IMG/VR virus record: IMGVR_UViG_3300016464_000173
Span: 1 to 32,116 of that record
Direction: 5' to 3' (one strand)
From: a virus
Taxonomy: Duplodnaviria; Caudoviricetes
Length of the DNA: 32,116 nucleotides
The translations under genes were made by a program, and so were the position numbers. Below are positions 1 to 7,389 of this stretch, piece by piece (position 1 is the first letter of the stretch; each line of letters begins with the position of its first letter). A model generated the notes under the pieces. The model had not been told where the DNA came from. It did no database searches and was given only the letters and a program-made list of their open reading frames with translations.

Positions 1-530
1 ATCTTGGCTCGTGGCTTCTTCGCCCCGTTGCCAACCGAATGCGCCCGCACTGCATGAGACGGCACGGCCACATTGCCGCGCGTGTATCCGTTGCGTTGAT
101 GCGCTCGCCGTGTATGTTGTCGAAGCGTTCGGCGCTGGCCGGTCGCTGGTCTGTAGTCCGTTCGACTGAATACTGTTCGCCCTTGGTTGCCGATGAACGC
201 GCCCTTGTAGATCTTACGATTGCGCCAGGCATTCGCAGAGACGCCAGACTTCACCTCGCGCGCACTGAAGTTGATGAGGTTCGGCGCGTACTTCTTCGCT
301 ACGATCTTCGCTTCTGGCTGCGCTCGAGTAGCGCGGTAGATCGGCAGTCGCTCGCGTATCGATGACTTCTTCAGCCCGGTTACGCTATTGATATCGTTCA
401 CGGCAGTAACGCGAGCAGATACCGCAACGCGATTCAATGCGCTTGGCACTGCTGCTGCGATCTCTTGCTTGAACTGGAAGCCTAGACGTTTCTCGACTTC
501 CTTGATGTCTACTCGAACATCGTATTGCAT
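1..530 (-). CDS. Lambda gpZ-like minor tail/neck protein (3' end runs off window)
   Basis: Not in the ORF track. Manual translation from ATG at 530 (GGAG RBS upstream) is open to the window edge: MQYDVRVDIKEVEKRLGFQFKQEIAAAVPSALNRVAVSAR...IYKGAFIGNQGRTVFSR. The ALNR / GAFI / VF.R pattern is typical of GPZ. Confidence 0.7.
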   Translation of the reverse strand, partial: MQYDVRVDIKEVEKRLGFQFKQEIAAAVPSALNRVAVSARVTAVNDINSVTGLKKSSIRERLPIYRATRAQPEAKIVAKKYAPNLINFSAREVKSGVSANAWRNRKIYKGAFIGNQGRTVFSRTDYRPATGQRRTLRQHTRRAHQRNGYTRGNVAVPSHAVRAHSVGNGAKKPRAK

Positions 531-619
531 ACGTGCTCCGGTGGTCGGCCTTTGAGTCTAATTAACCCTGTGCAGTGTGCCGGTCGGAGCGTCTGGGCGC
601 ATTCGCCCCAGTCTGCCCG

Positions 620-648
620 CTTATATCAAGTTTTCGGGGCACTGTCTA
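620..648 (-). promoter_or_regulatory. Putative late promoter (pR'-like)
   Basis: Minus strand TAGACA-17 bp-TATAAG with extended -10 TGn, overlapping the 3' end of Q, the canonical position of a lambdoid late promoter. Confidence 0.65.
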
Positions 649-964
649 GCGTCTCTGCAACTTTTCTTTCGGCCGTCTCGACACGGCGCATAAGGGTGCG
701 CCTGCTGATGTTCAGACGCTGGGCCTTTAGCCATAGCGGGCCGGTCGATACGTAGTAGGCGATCAGCGGCTGCTTCCACGCTTGGGCTAGCCTAGCGACC
801 GCCTGTTCGGTCTCGAGGATGTCATCGGGTGCCAGCCCTGCGCCCGACCCCTTGCCGCCTGTGTTGGCCCATGTGAAAGCCGCTGCGGTCGGGTAGCCCG
901 TCACGGGTCGGCCCCTGCACCATCGGCCCCATTGGCTCAACTTAACTCGAGTGTATTCGATCAC
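626..964 (-). CDS. Antitermination protein Q-like late regulator
   Basis: L.QWGRW N-terminus, C-terminal HTH (AQRLNISRRTLMRRVETAE), last gene of replication/nin region before the late promoter. Confidence 0.75.
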   Translation of the reverse strand: MIEYTRVKLSQWGRWCRGRPVTGYPTAAAFTWANTGGKGSGAGLAPDDILETEQAVARLAQAWKQPLIAYYVSTGPLWLKAQRLNISRRTLMRRVETAERKVAETLDSAPKT

Positions 965-1302
965 CGCATCGCCTCCGGTTTAACCTTTGCGTTGTACCGT
1001 TCCCACAAATCCTTTACGACTTGCTCTGGTTCCCTCGCCTCGATCCATTCGCCCCTCGGCTCCCAGACGGATCTGGCGATCTCCTGCGTCTCGGATAGCC
1101 GCCCAGACTTTGACTTGATCTCGAGCCAGCACACGAAGTAAACGACCTCGCCCAATGGCCCGACTTGAGGCAATGGGCGGAGCGCCAATTTGTCGGGGAT
1201 GCCTAACCCGGCTTTCGTGTAGTCGATCAGCGAGAATCCCGCAGCCTTAACGGCCGCTGATATCTCACCGTCGTTCAAGTCTCGGCGCGCGGCGTGTCTC
1301 AC
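961..1302 (-). CDS. VRR-NUC / PD-(D/E)xK nuclease (Holliday-junction resolvase-like)
   Basis: AARRDLN...GIPD...LEIKSKSGRLSETQ motifs; 4-nt overlaps with neighbours. Confidence 0.75.
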   Translation of the reverse strand: MRHAARRDLNDGEISAAVKAAGFSLIDYTKAGLGIPDKLALRPLPQVGPLGEVVYFVCWLEIKSKSGRLSETQEIARSVWEPRGEWIEAREPEQVVKDLWERYNAKVKPEAMR

Positions 1303-1574
1303 TTGGTGCCCTTCTTCAGAATCTGCCGCCGCCCCTCTCGCGTCATGCTTAACATTTGCAGCCGGTCATAGTCGAGGTCGATCATGTCGCAGACCCATCG
1401 CATCGACCCGACGCCTTGCTGGTCGGAGTAGATCCACTCTTTTGCACGGCGCGCATACCCCGCGCGGTTAAGGTCGGCTATGGCTTGGTAAACGATTGCC
1501 GCCCATAGCGCACGGATCGGCTGATCGTCGGCTACCAGTTGGCCGTCATTCTGGCTAGGTCTACTGCTTTGCAT
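1299..1574 (-). CDS. Conserved phage hypothetical protein (start uncertain, possibly ~1541)
   Basis: ALWAAIVYQAIADL...WVCDMIDLD pattern; coupled to downstream gene. Confidence 0.6.
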   Translation of the reverse strand: MQSSRPSQNDGQLVADDQPIRALWAAIVYQAIADLNRAGYARRAKEWIYSDQQGVGSMRWVCDMIDLDYDRLQMLSMTREGRRQILKKGTK

Positions 1575-1825
1575 AACTCCTCGATGATTGGTTTAGTGGT
1601 CTTTCGCAGGCGGTACAACTCGCGTTTCTGTTCCCGCCTGCGGTCTCGTAGTTTCTCGGCGTGTCGCCAGTAATATTCGCGCTGGTATTCCGTCCGCTTG
1701 TTGCCATACCTTACAGCCTCCGAGGCCGCGCGCTGGGCCTCTGGCGTGAGGGATTGGTGGAGGTGGTAGTTGTGCGGCTTGCCTCCCACTGATTCGATCC
1801 CGCAGATGGGGCAGTTACGGCGCAT
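1532..1825 (-). CDS. Small Zn-finger / basic helical protein
   Basis: Likely start MRRNCPICG (CxxC, later HxxH), YQREYYWRHAEKLR basic helix. Confidence 0.55.
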   Translation of the reverse strand: MRRNCPICGIESVGGKPHNYHLHQSLTPEAQRAASEAVRYGNKRTEYQREYYWRHAEKLRDRRREQKRELYRLRKTTKPIIEELCKAVDLARMTANW

Positions 1826-2045
1826 GGCGGCTGCACGCCTCCTCGGCTTGCTCGAAGGTCTGGTACAGCCCAAGACACTTCGGAATGCGCCGCCCGTCCT
1901 CGTTGTGCGTCCAAGCCACGTATAGCCCGTCTGGGGCGTTTTGGTCTTGGCGGATGGCGTAGGTGCGGCAGGCGCTGACGTGGCCCCAGAATGGATGAGA
2001 GAGCCATTGGAGCGGCTGGCGGAGACGTAGGGCGGTTTGTGTCAT
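1815..2045 (-). CDS. Hypothetical protein
   Basis: Start re-assigned to MTQTALRL at 2045, ATGA overlap with upstream gene. Confidence 0.5.
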   Translation of the reverse strand: MTQTALRLRQPLQWLSHPFWGHVSACRTYAIRQDQNAPDGLYVAWTHNEDGRRIPKCLGLYQTFEQAEEACSRHAP

Positions 2046-2260
2046 GGCGTGTCCTCGTCTGTGGCCCACTGCGGGCGGGTGCCGACTTGGCCTTCGGGGT
2101 CTTGGTAGTGCAGCACTCGCGCGCCGAAGGTCTGCTGGAAGGCCAGCATCATCGACAGCGCCTCCGGCCCTTCGTGCCGTAGTAGTCGCTCGCCGACCGC
2201 CGTGGTCGGGGTAGGCTTCGGCATCTTCAATCGTTTCGCCAACTGGGGGGAATGTCTCAT
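2042..2260 (-). CDS. Hypothetical protein
   Basis: 72-aa ORF coupled to the next gene; start may be at 2224. Confidence 0.5.
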   Translation of the reverse strand: MRHSPQLAKRLKMPKPTPTTAVGERLLRHEGPEALSMMLAFQQTFGARVLHYQDPEGQVGTRPQWATDEDTP

Positions 2261-2452
2261 CGTGTCTCACTAACTGGGGGGACAACTGGGGAAAAACCTA
2301 AACGCGCGTAAGTCATTGATTCTTCGTTCCCCCAGTTGATCCCCCTATATACAACTGGGGAACTGGGGAACTGGGGGAAAGACCCCCAGTGTCCCCTCCC
2401 AAGTTGCCTTCCGACTGGGGGAAAGACTTGGGATAACTGGGGAAACTGGGGG
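2241..2452. repeat. Iteron-like array of (A/G)ACTGGGG repeats with an IHF box; putative replication origin
   Basis: About 10 direct copies (2241, 2272, 2284, 2353, 2361, 2369, 2413, 2425 degenerate, 2435, 2444) and 3 inverted copies (~2330, ~2384, ~2398) immediately downstream of the primase-helicase; AATCAATGACTTA on the minus strand at 2309-2321. Confidence 0.7.
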
Positions 2453-2464
2453 CAATTACGTTGC

Positions 2465-4672
2465 TCAAAACGGTACAACCTCATCCTCCTCGGCCTTCTT
2501 GTCGCCAACCTTAAACGCCGAAATATAACGCCCCTTCGCATGATCGCGAGCAGACACCTTGACCAGGCTACCCTCGGACACCCACTCATCGAGCACACGC
2601 CGAACCATCGACCGCGCACCGGCATCGTGAACATCCAACTCCATATGCCTCGCCACGATCTGCCCGGCCCATTGCGCGCTGCGAACATCCGCCCGCACTA
2701 ACAACGGGTCGCGCTGATACGTCGCGTCTATGTCTGCCAGAATGACCGCCTTTTGACCCGGCGACATCTGCGAGTCGGTCGGCGGGTTCCACTCATCGAC
2801 CACGCCCACCTTGTCGCCATCGGGGTACACCGCATCACCGTTGCCAAGATCGATGCTGACCAGTTGCCGCCACAGCCGCTCGTCCGTCGGCGGTCTCATG
2901 TTGGCCTTCGGATTCTGAAGCCAGAAATATCGACGCCGATCCTTTGCTTCGATGCCGTACCGCTCCGCCTCGGGTTGCCCCATCGCCGCAGCAATCCGCA
3001 CGCTACGACACGCCCCGAGCAGGGCAGACGCCCCGCGCACGTCCTCGCTCGACGCCTCGTTGCCGTTGCCCTTACGGAAATGATGCACGATCTCGACCGC
3101 CAGGTTCGCCTGCTCGGCTATCGCGCGCCATTCCCACATCACCTTCTCCATCGCCGGGTTATTGTTCTCATTGACCGCGTGCGTCGAAATGAACGGGTCG
3201 AGAATCATGGCGTCAATGCCCTCATCTCGAGCGCACTTCACGATCTGCTCACGCACGGCAGGCAGTTGCATTACCGTTCCGTCCGCTTCCTCGGCCACGA
3301 TGATGCGGGTATCGCGACCAGAGGTGAGGTACAGATTCTGCGCGACCTCCTGCGGGTCTAGGCTGTAGTGCTTACAGATCGCCACGAGCCTACGCTGCAA
3401 TTCGTCCAGCGGGTCTTCCCCATTGTGAATCCAGACCTTGAGCGCCCCGGTCGGCAGTTGCCACTTACCGCGCAGCAAGTCACGCCCAAGCGCCATGCTG
3501 ACCGCCTCGACCATCGTCATCGACGACTTGCCGCCACCGCCCGCGCCTGCCGTCATCGACACCATGCGGCGCATATAGTGGAAGCCGTACAGCCACTGCC
3601 GAGGCGGTATGCAATCGGCCTCTATCGGTTGCCAGCGCCGCGCGACGATGCTTTCGGCGGCTGCGTGCTGCGCCTCTTTGGCCGGTTCCGTGGCCGGTTC
3701 CGATGTCCGCTCAAGCCCTTGAGCCTCGGGAAATGCCGACCAGTCTGCGGCATCGTCGAACCTTCCCGGCGGCGGCTGCGGCATGCCCTGTAGGCGCACC
3801 TCCGGCATCGTCCCGCCAAACTTCCGCACGGCGCTCTGTGCCATCGGTTCGATGCGGCTGCGAAGGTCGATCCCGTCGCCGTTTAGGCTGCTCCCGCTGC
3901 TGTCGAGTAGTTCATTGAGCGCGGCCACGATGTCATCGTAAGCCATGCCGCGCGCTGCCCATCGGCTCGACAACTTGAGCATGGATTCGTAGCGCCCCTC
4001 GCCACGCGCGAATGCCTCGAGCAACTGCTGATTGCTGCGTGTATCGCGCCCGGTCTTGGCGTCCGTGCCTTTGCTTTGGTGGTATAGCGGCTCAAGGTCT
4101 ACCGCCTGGTCGATGCACCGGCCGTGCGACTCGAACCATTTATACCGCGCGCCACGCACTGCGCCGAAGTAAAACGACTGCGACAAGGTGAACGACTCCC
4201 GGCTAGCGATCCCACCGAGCGCACGGTTAGCGCGGGCTACGAACACGGCGCGCTGTGCGGGCGCAGCCGGTTCGGATAGCGGCATCAACGCACGCCATCT
4301 CGGCGCGCCTTCGGTGTAACTGGCCGAGGTATAAATCATCGAGACAAGCCCAGCGGCCTGCAATCGCTTGTGTCCTTCCTCCGGCGTGACTTCTTCGCCG
4401 TCGTAGTCAACCTCGATCCCGTACACCCGCCGTACGTTCTCGCCATAGCGCAAGTATCCAGAGGGCGATGGCTGATCTCCGTATTCGCACAGCGACAGCA
4501 GCGGACACGCCGCTTTCGTCATATGCACCGGAGGGTTAGCCAACTTGCGGACAAGTTCCACCCAGGGCGAGTCGGCAAACTCTGTCTTTTCGCGCGGCCA
4601 TACGTCCTGGAAAACCGTGTAGGTAATCAGCGGGCCGTTGTTGCCGACGCGCGTAATGCTCTGCGATGTCAT
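2465..4672 (-). CDS. Primase-helicase: N-terminal AEP/PrimPol-like domain plus AAA_25 (RepA-type) helicase
   Basis: EVDYD and YTSAS...PRWR primase motifs; Walker A GAGGGGKS, Walker B MILDP, VHHFRKG, RGASAL. Confidence 0.85.
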   Translation of the reverse strand: MTSQSITRVGNNGPLITYTVFQDVWPREKTEFADSPWVELVRKLANPPVHMTKAACPLLSLCEYGDQPSPSGYLRYGENVRRVYGIEVDYDGEEVTPEEGHKRLQAAGLVSMIYTSASYTEGAPRWRALMPLSEPAAPAQRAVFVARANRALGGIASRESFTLSQSFYFGAVRGARYKWFESHGRCIDQAVDLEPLYHQSKGTDAKTGRDTRSNQQLLEAFARGEGRYESMLKLSSRWAARGMAYDDIVAALNELLDSSGSSLNGDGIDLRSRIEPMAQSAVRKFGGTMPEVRLQGMPQPPPGRFDDAADWSAFPEAQGLERTSEPATEPAKEAQHAAAESIVARRWQPIEADCIPPRQWLYGFHYMRRMVSMTAGAGGGGKSSMTMVEAVSMALGRDLLRGKWQLPTGALKVWIHNGEDPLDELQRRLVAICKHYSLDPQEVAQNLYLTSGRDTRIIVAEEADGTVMQLPAVREQIVKCARDEGIDAMILDPFISTHAVNENNNPAMEKVMWEWRAIAEQANLAVEIVHHFRKGNGNEASSEDVRGASALLGACRSVRIAAAMGQPEAERYGIEAKDRRRYFWLQNPKANMRPPTDERLWRQLVSIDLGNGDAVYPDGDKVGVVDEWNPPTDSQMSPGQKAVILADIDATYQRDPLLVRADVRSAQWAGQIVARHMELDVHDAGARSMVRRVLDEWVSEGSLVKVSARDHAKGRYISAFKVGDKKAEEDEVVPF

Positions 4673-5292
4673 CTCTTATAACCCCCAGCGCCTTTGCTGC
4701 TGTTGCATGACCGGCAAAGCAACTGATAAGCCGCGCGTTTTCCGTGAAACTCTACCCATTCCGCCTCGACGGAGGCATCCGCCATCACGTCGCCGATGCC
4801 GTCCTTCTGATACAGTTTTATATCTCTCGATTTCAAGAAGTCCGAGGCGATACTGATAAACGGCTCGCCAACATGATCGACTGTTATATCGTAAGGCACA
4901 CGACAGTTTTCATTGGCGCATATGTGCTCGGCGCATTGATCCTTGAACGCTCGCATATGCTCTCGAACTGCGATCCGCAGAGCCGCAATATTTTTTTGAA
5001 ACTGCTTTTCCAGTTGATACTTTTCTAAATCCTTCGCATACGCCGCGTCAATTGCCTTACGCCACGACCACTGCGCCGGGGCCGTCCAGTCATACGCGAC
5101 AACATGAATATGCCTGTTGTCTGAAGGAAACTCTGGGTTTTCTTTCTTTACCACGTACTTCAAGTCTGTATTCGTTATCGCGGACAGCCGCTCTCGGGCT
5201 TCATCTGACCATATCTCGCCTGTGAAAAACTTGTCTATAAGTTCCCGAACCTCTGCCAATGCAGCGGCCTTTGTTTTCGGTCGGTCGGTCAT
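4669..5292 (-). CDS. DCL/DUF3223-like protein with C-terminal HNH-like nuclease motif
   Basis: WSWRKAI segment; C..C, VDH, FH...LLCRSCNSSK; AT-richer than flanks. Confidence 0.55.
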   Translation of the reverse strand: MTDRPKTKAAALAEVRELIDKFFTGEIWSDEARERLSAITNTDLKYVVKKENPEFPSDNRHIHVVAYDWTAPAQWSWRKAIDAAYAKDLEKYQLEKQFQKNIAALRIAVREHMRAFKDQCAEHICANENCRVPYDITVDHVGEPFISIASDFLKSRDIKLYQKDGIGDVMADASVEAEWVEFHGKRAAYQLLCRSCNSSKGAGGYKR

Positions 5293-5504
5293 GGGTAGAT
5301 ATCCGGCCTCAAGGCATTTCTCCCTACTCCGGTAGCGGCCTCGATGTCAAGTACCCGCATGACCGGCACGCGGCCAGCCTCGACCCACTGGTGGACAGCC
5401 TGCGGTTTTATCTTGAGTTTTCGCGCGAGCGCGGCCTGTCCGCCAGCCTTTGCTATTGCAGCAAGGAGGGCGGATTTAGGACTTTGGTGTGGTTGTTTAC
5501 GCAT
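5289..5504 (-). CDS. Cro/YdaS-like HTH regulator
   Basis: AGGQAALARKLKIKPQAVHQW...IEAATGV...LRPDIY; start re-assigned to ATG at 5504. Confidence 0.85.
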   Translation of the reverse strand: MRKQPHQSPKSALLAAIAKAGGQAALARKLKIKPQAVHQWVEAGRVPVMRVLDIEAATGVGRNALRPDIYP

Positions 5505-5513
5505 ACGCGGCCG

Positions 5514-5543
5514 AGCATACCGCAGGGCGGACAGAAGTATCAA
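5514..5543 (-). promoter_or_regulatory. Leftward early promoter (near-leaderless cro mRNA)
   Basis: TTGATA-18 bp-TATGCT, 9 nt before the cro ATG; no SD. Confidence 0.55.
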
Positions 5544-5572
5544 GTATTGCTTTTCTATCAAGCAGTGCTTGA
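5540..5572. promoter_or_regulatory. Two operator-like palindromes
   Basis: Perfect TCAAGCA-G-TGCTTGA at 5558-5572 and degenerate TCAAGTA-T-TGCTTTT at 5540-5554, each overlapping a -35 box. Confidence 0.65.
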
Positions 5573-5597
5573 CACCCCGAAATTGGCATGGTTTACT
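5569..5597 (+). promoter_or_regulatory. Rightward early promoter
   Basis: TTGACA-17 bp-TTTACT with extended -10 TG. Confidence 0.6.
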
Positions 5598-5642
5598 ACA
5601 CACATGGACGGCGCAGTGCCGATCCAGAAGCGATAGAAGGAG

Positions 5643-5849
5643 ATGACAATGACCGACGAAACTGTGGAACGATGCACCTGTTGTGATCGCGTACTCAACA
5701 AGAAAACGCTGGTCTATTTAGAGTTGAACTGGCGCACCAGAAAGTACAGCAAAGACAGTGTGCCGTCTGAAGAAAGCCAGGGCTATTTCCCGTTCGGTCA
5801 AGGGTGTGCAAAAACCGTTTTGAAAAGAGGCGGAGAGGTGGCGGCATGA
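5643..5849 (+). CDS. Early hypothetical Cys-containing protein
   Basis: AAGGAG RBS; CTCC...SQGYFPFGQGCAK. Confidence 0.65.
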   Translation: MTMTDETVERCTCCDRVLNKKTLVYLELNWRTRKYSKDSVPSEESQGYFPFGQGCAKTVLKRGGEVAA

Positions 5850-5968
5850 ACCGCCCCTTCCCCTGGCCGCAAGTAATCGCCATGTTTTTCCTGTGCCTCG
5901 TCGCCTGCGCTGTGGAGCCATGCGACGGGCACTCGTGTGATGAAGAAGTAACCATTGTTAAGGAGTAA
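5846..5968 (+). CDS. 40-aa putative lipoprotein
   Basis: Not in track. MNRPFPWPQVIAMFFLCLVA|CAVEPCDGHSCDEEVTIVKE; GAGGTG RBS, ATGA overlap, lipobox LVAC. Confidence 0.55.
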   Translation: MNRPFPWPQVIAMFFLCLVACAVEPCDGHSCDEEVTIVKE

Positions 5969-5974
5969 GAAGTA

Positions 5975-6601
5975 ATGAGCATTTATGTAAGCGCAACATC
6001 TGGCGGCAACTATCCCGAGCGCAAGCCCATCGAAGCCGGAGCCTACGCCGCCATCTGCGATATGGTCGTCGATCTCGGCGTGCAACCCTCACCTGGCGGG
6101 CAGTTTGCCCCGAAGCGCACGCTGCTGCTGCGGTTCCAAATTCCAAGCGAAAGAGTTGAGATCACGAAGGACGGCGAGACGAAGAGTCTGCCCGCTGTAA
6201 TCAGCCGCACGGTCGGCCTGTCGTTGAACGAGAAGGCCACGCTCCGCCAGTTGTTGCAATCGTGGCGCGGCCGCGCGTTTACGCCCGAGGAGTTGAAGAA
6301 GTTTGATTTGACTGCCGTCCTCGGCAAGCCTGCATTCATCAACGTGACGCACTCGACCAAGGGTGACAAGACCTACGCAAACCTGACGTCGATCATGCCC
6401 CTTCCCAAAGGCATGGCCGCACCGACCCTTGAGGGCGACGCGCTCTGGTTCTCGACCGACACGCCAAACCCCGACGTATTCGACAAGTTGCCGGGCTGGG
6501 TGCAGGACAAGATCGCCAACCGGATCATCGACAAGCCGAAAGCCGCAGCACCCGCTCCGGCCGCTCCGGCTGCGTTCGTCGATGACGAGGTGGCCTTCTG
6601 A
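5975..6601 (+). CDS. Single-stranded DNA-binding protein-like
   Basis: TAAGGAG RBS; GAYAAIC..VVDLG family pattern; Pro/Ala linker and acidic-aromatic tail FVDDEVAF; next to exonuclease. Confidence 0.7.
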   Translation: MSIYVSATSGGNYPERKPIEAGAYAAICDMVVDLGVQPSPGGQFAPKRTLLLRFQIPSERVEITKDGETKSLPAVISRTVGLSLNEKATLRQLLQSWRGRAFTPEELKKFDLTAVLGKPAFINVTHSTKGDKTYANLTSIMPLPKGMAAPTLEGDALWFSTDTPNPDVFDKLPGWVQDKIANRIIDKPKAAAPAPAAPAAFVDDEVAF

Positions 6602-7308
6602 TGGCTACTGCACGTTATGGCTATAAATTGGCGGACGGCACGAAGGTGCCGTCGGTCACTACCATTTTGCGTATCAAAGACCCCGGCGCGCTCATCAACT
6701 GGGCTTATAAAACAGGGCGCGTTCACGGCAACCTGGAAGGCAAGGGCCAGTTTGCACCGGCCAACCTTTACGAGGGCAACGATGCCTTGCAAATCGGAAC
6801 GTGCGTCCACGAAATGTGCGAGGTATTCGTAAAGGGTGGCGATCCGACCGCGCATCTTGACGCTGTGATGGAGAAAGCCGAGACGCTGGACAAGGCAGCA
6901 TTCCGCGCGCAAGTCGTCAGCGCGTACAGTGCATTTGAGTTTTGGTGCAAGGGCACGCAACTTGAAATACTCGAGTGCGAAGTGCCAGTGCTATCCGAGA
7001 CGCACCGCTACGGCGGCACGCTTGACTTCATCGGGCGGCTGAATGGGCGCTTGGTGCTTGGCGACTTCAAGACCAGCGGCGGGGTGTACCCCGAGTATCT
7101 GATCCAACTGGTCGCGTATGCGAAAGCATATGAAGAGTGCAAGGGCTTGAAGATCGACGGCGGGTATCACCTTCTGCGCTTCAGCAAGGAAAACGGCGAC
7201 TTCGGGCATCACTTCTACCCAAGCCTAGACGACGATGCGTGGCCTGCGTTCTTGCATCTGCGGGCGCTGCATGATCTCAATGAGAAGTTGAAGAAACGGG
7301 CGGCTTGA
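6601..7308 (+). CDS. PD-(D/E)xK exonuclease
   Basis: PSVTTIL, GTCVH, E, GTLD, DFKTS, QLVAY motifs. Confidence 0.85.
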   Translation: MATARYGYKLADGTKVPSVTTILRIKDPGALINWAYKTGRVHGNLEGKGQFAPANLYEGNDALQIGTCVHEMCEVFVKGGDPTAHLDAVMEKAETLDKAAFRAQVVSAYSAFEFWCKGTQLEILECEVPVLSETHRYGGTLDFIGRLNGRLVLGDFKTSGGVYPEYLIQLVAYAKAYEECKGLKIDGGYHLLRFSKENGDFGHHFYPSLDDDAWPAFLHLRALHDLNEKLKKRAA

Positions 7309-7389
7309 TTTTTTATTGCATGGTGCGGCTCGGCGAGTGGGCGCACGTGCCAAGCCCAGAGTGGAGAGCCAAACTGGCGGAGAATACTA

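Noticed and set aside
545-580. c-di-GMP-I riboswitch (GCACAGGG resemblance on minus strand)
   Set aside because: Only 8 nt match; the GNRA tetraloop, receptor and P2/P3 architecture are absent
2241-2452. CRISPR array
   Set aside because: Repeats are only ~8 bp, irregularly spaced and in both orientations; no cas genes
2257-2701. ORFs 2257-2688 (-) and 2336-2701 (+)
   Set aside because: They overlap the primase and read through the repeat array as low-complexity sequence; the ATGA overlap at 2257-2260 leaves slight doubt for the minus ORF
6601-7308. Cas4
   Set aside because: No four-Cys Fe-S pattern; context fits a phage recombination exonuclease
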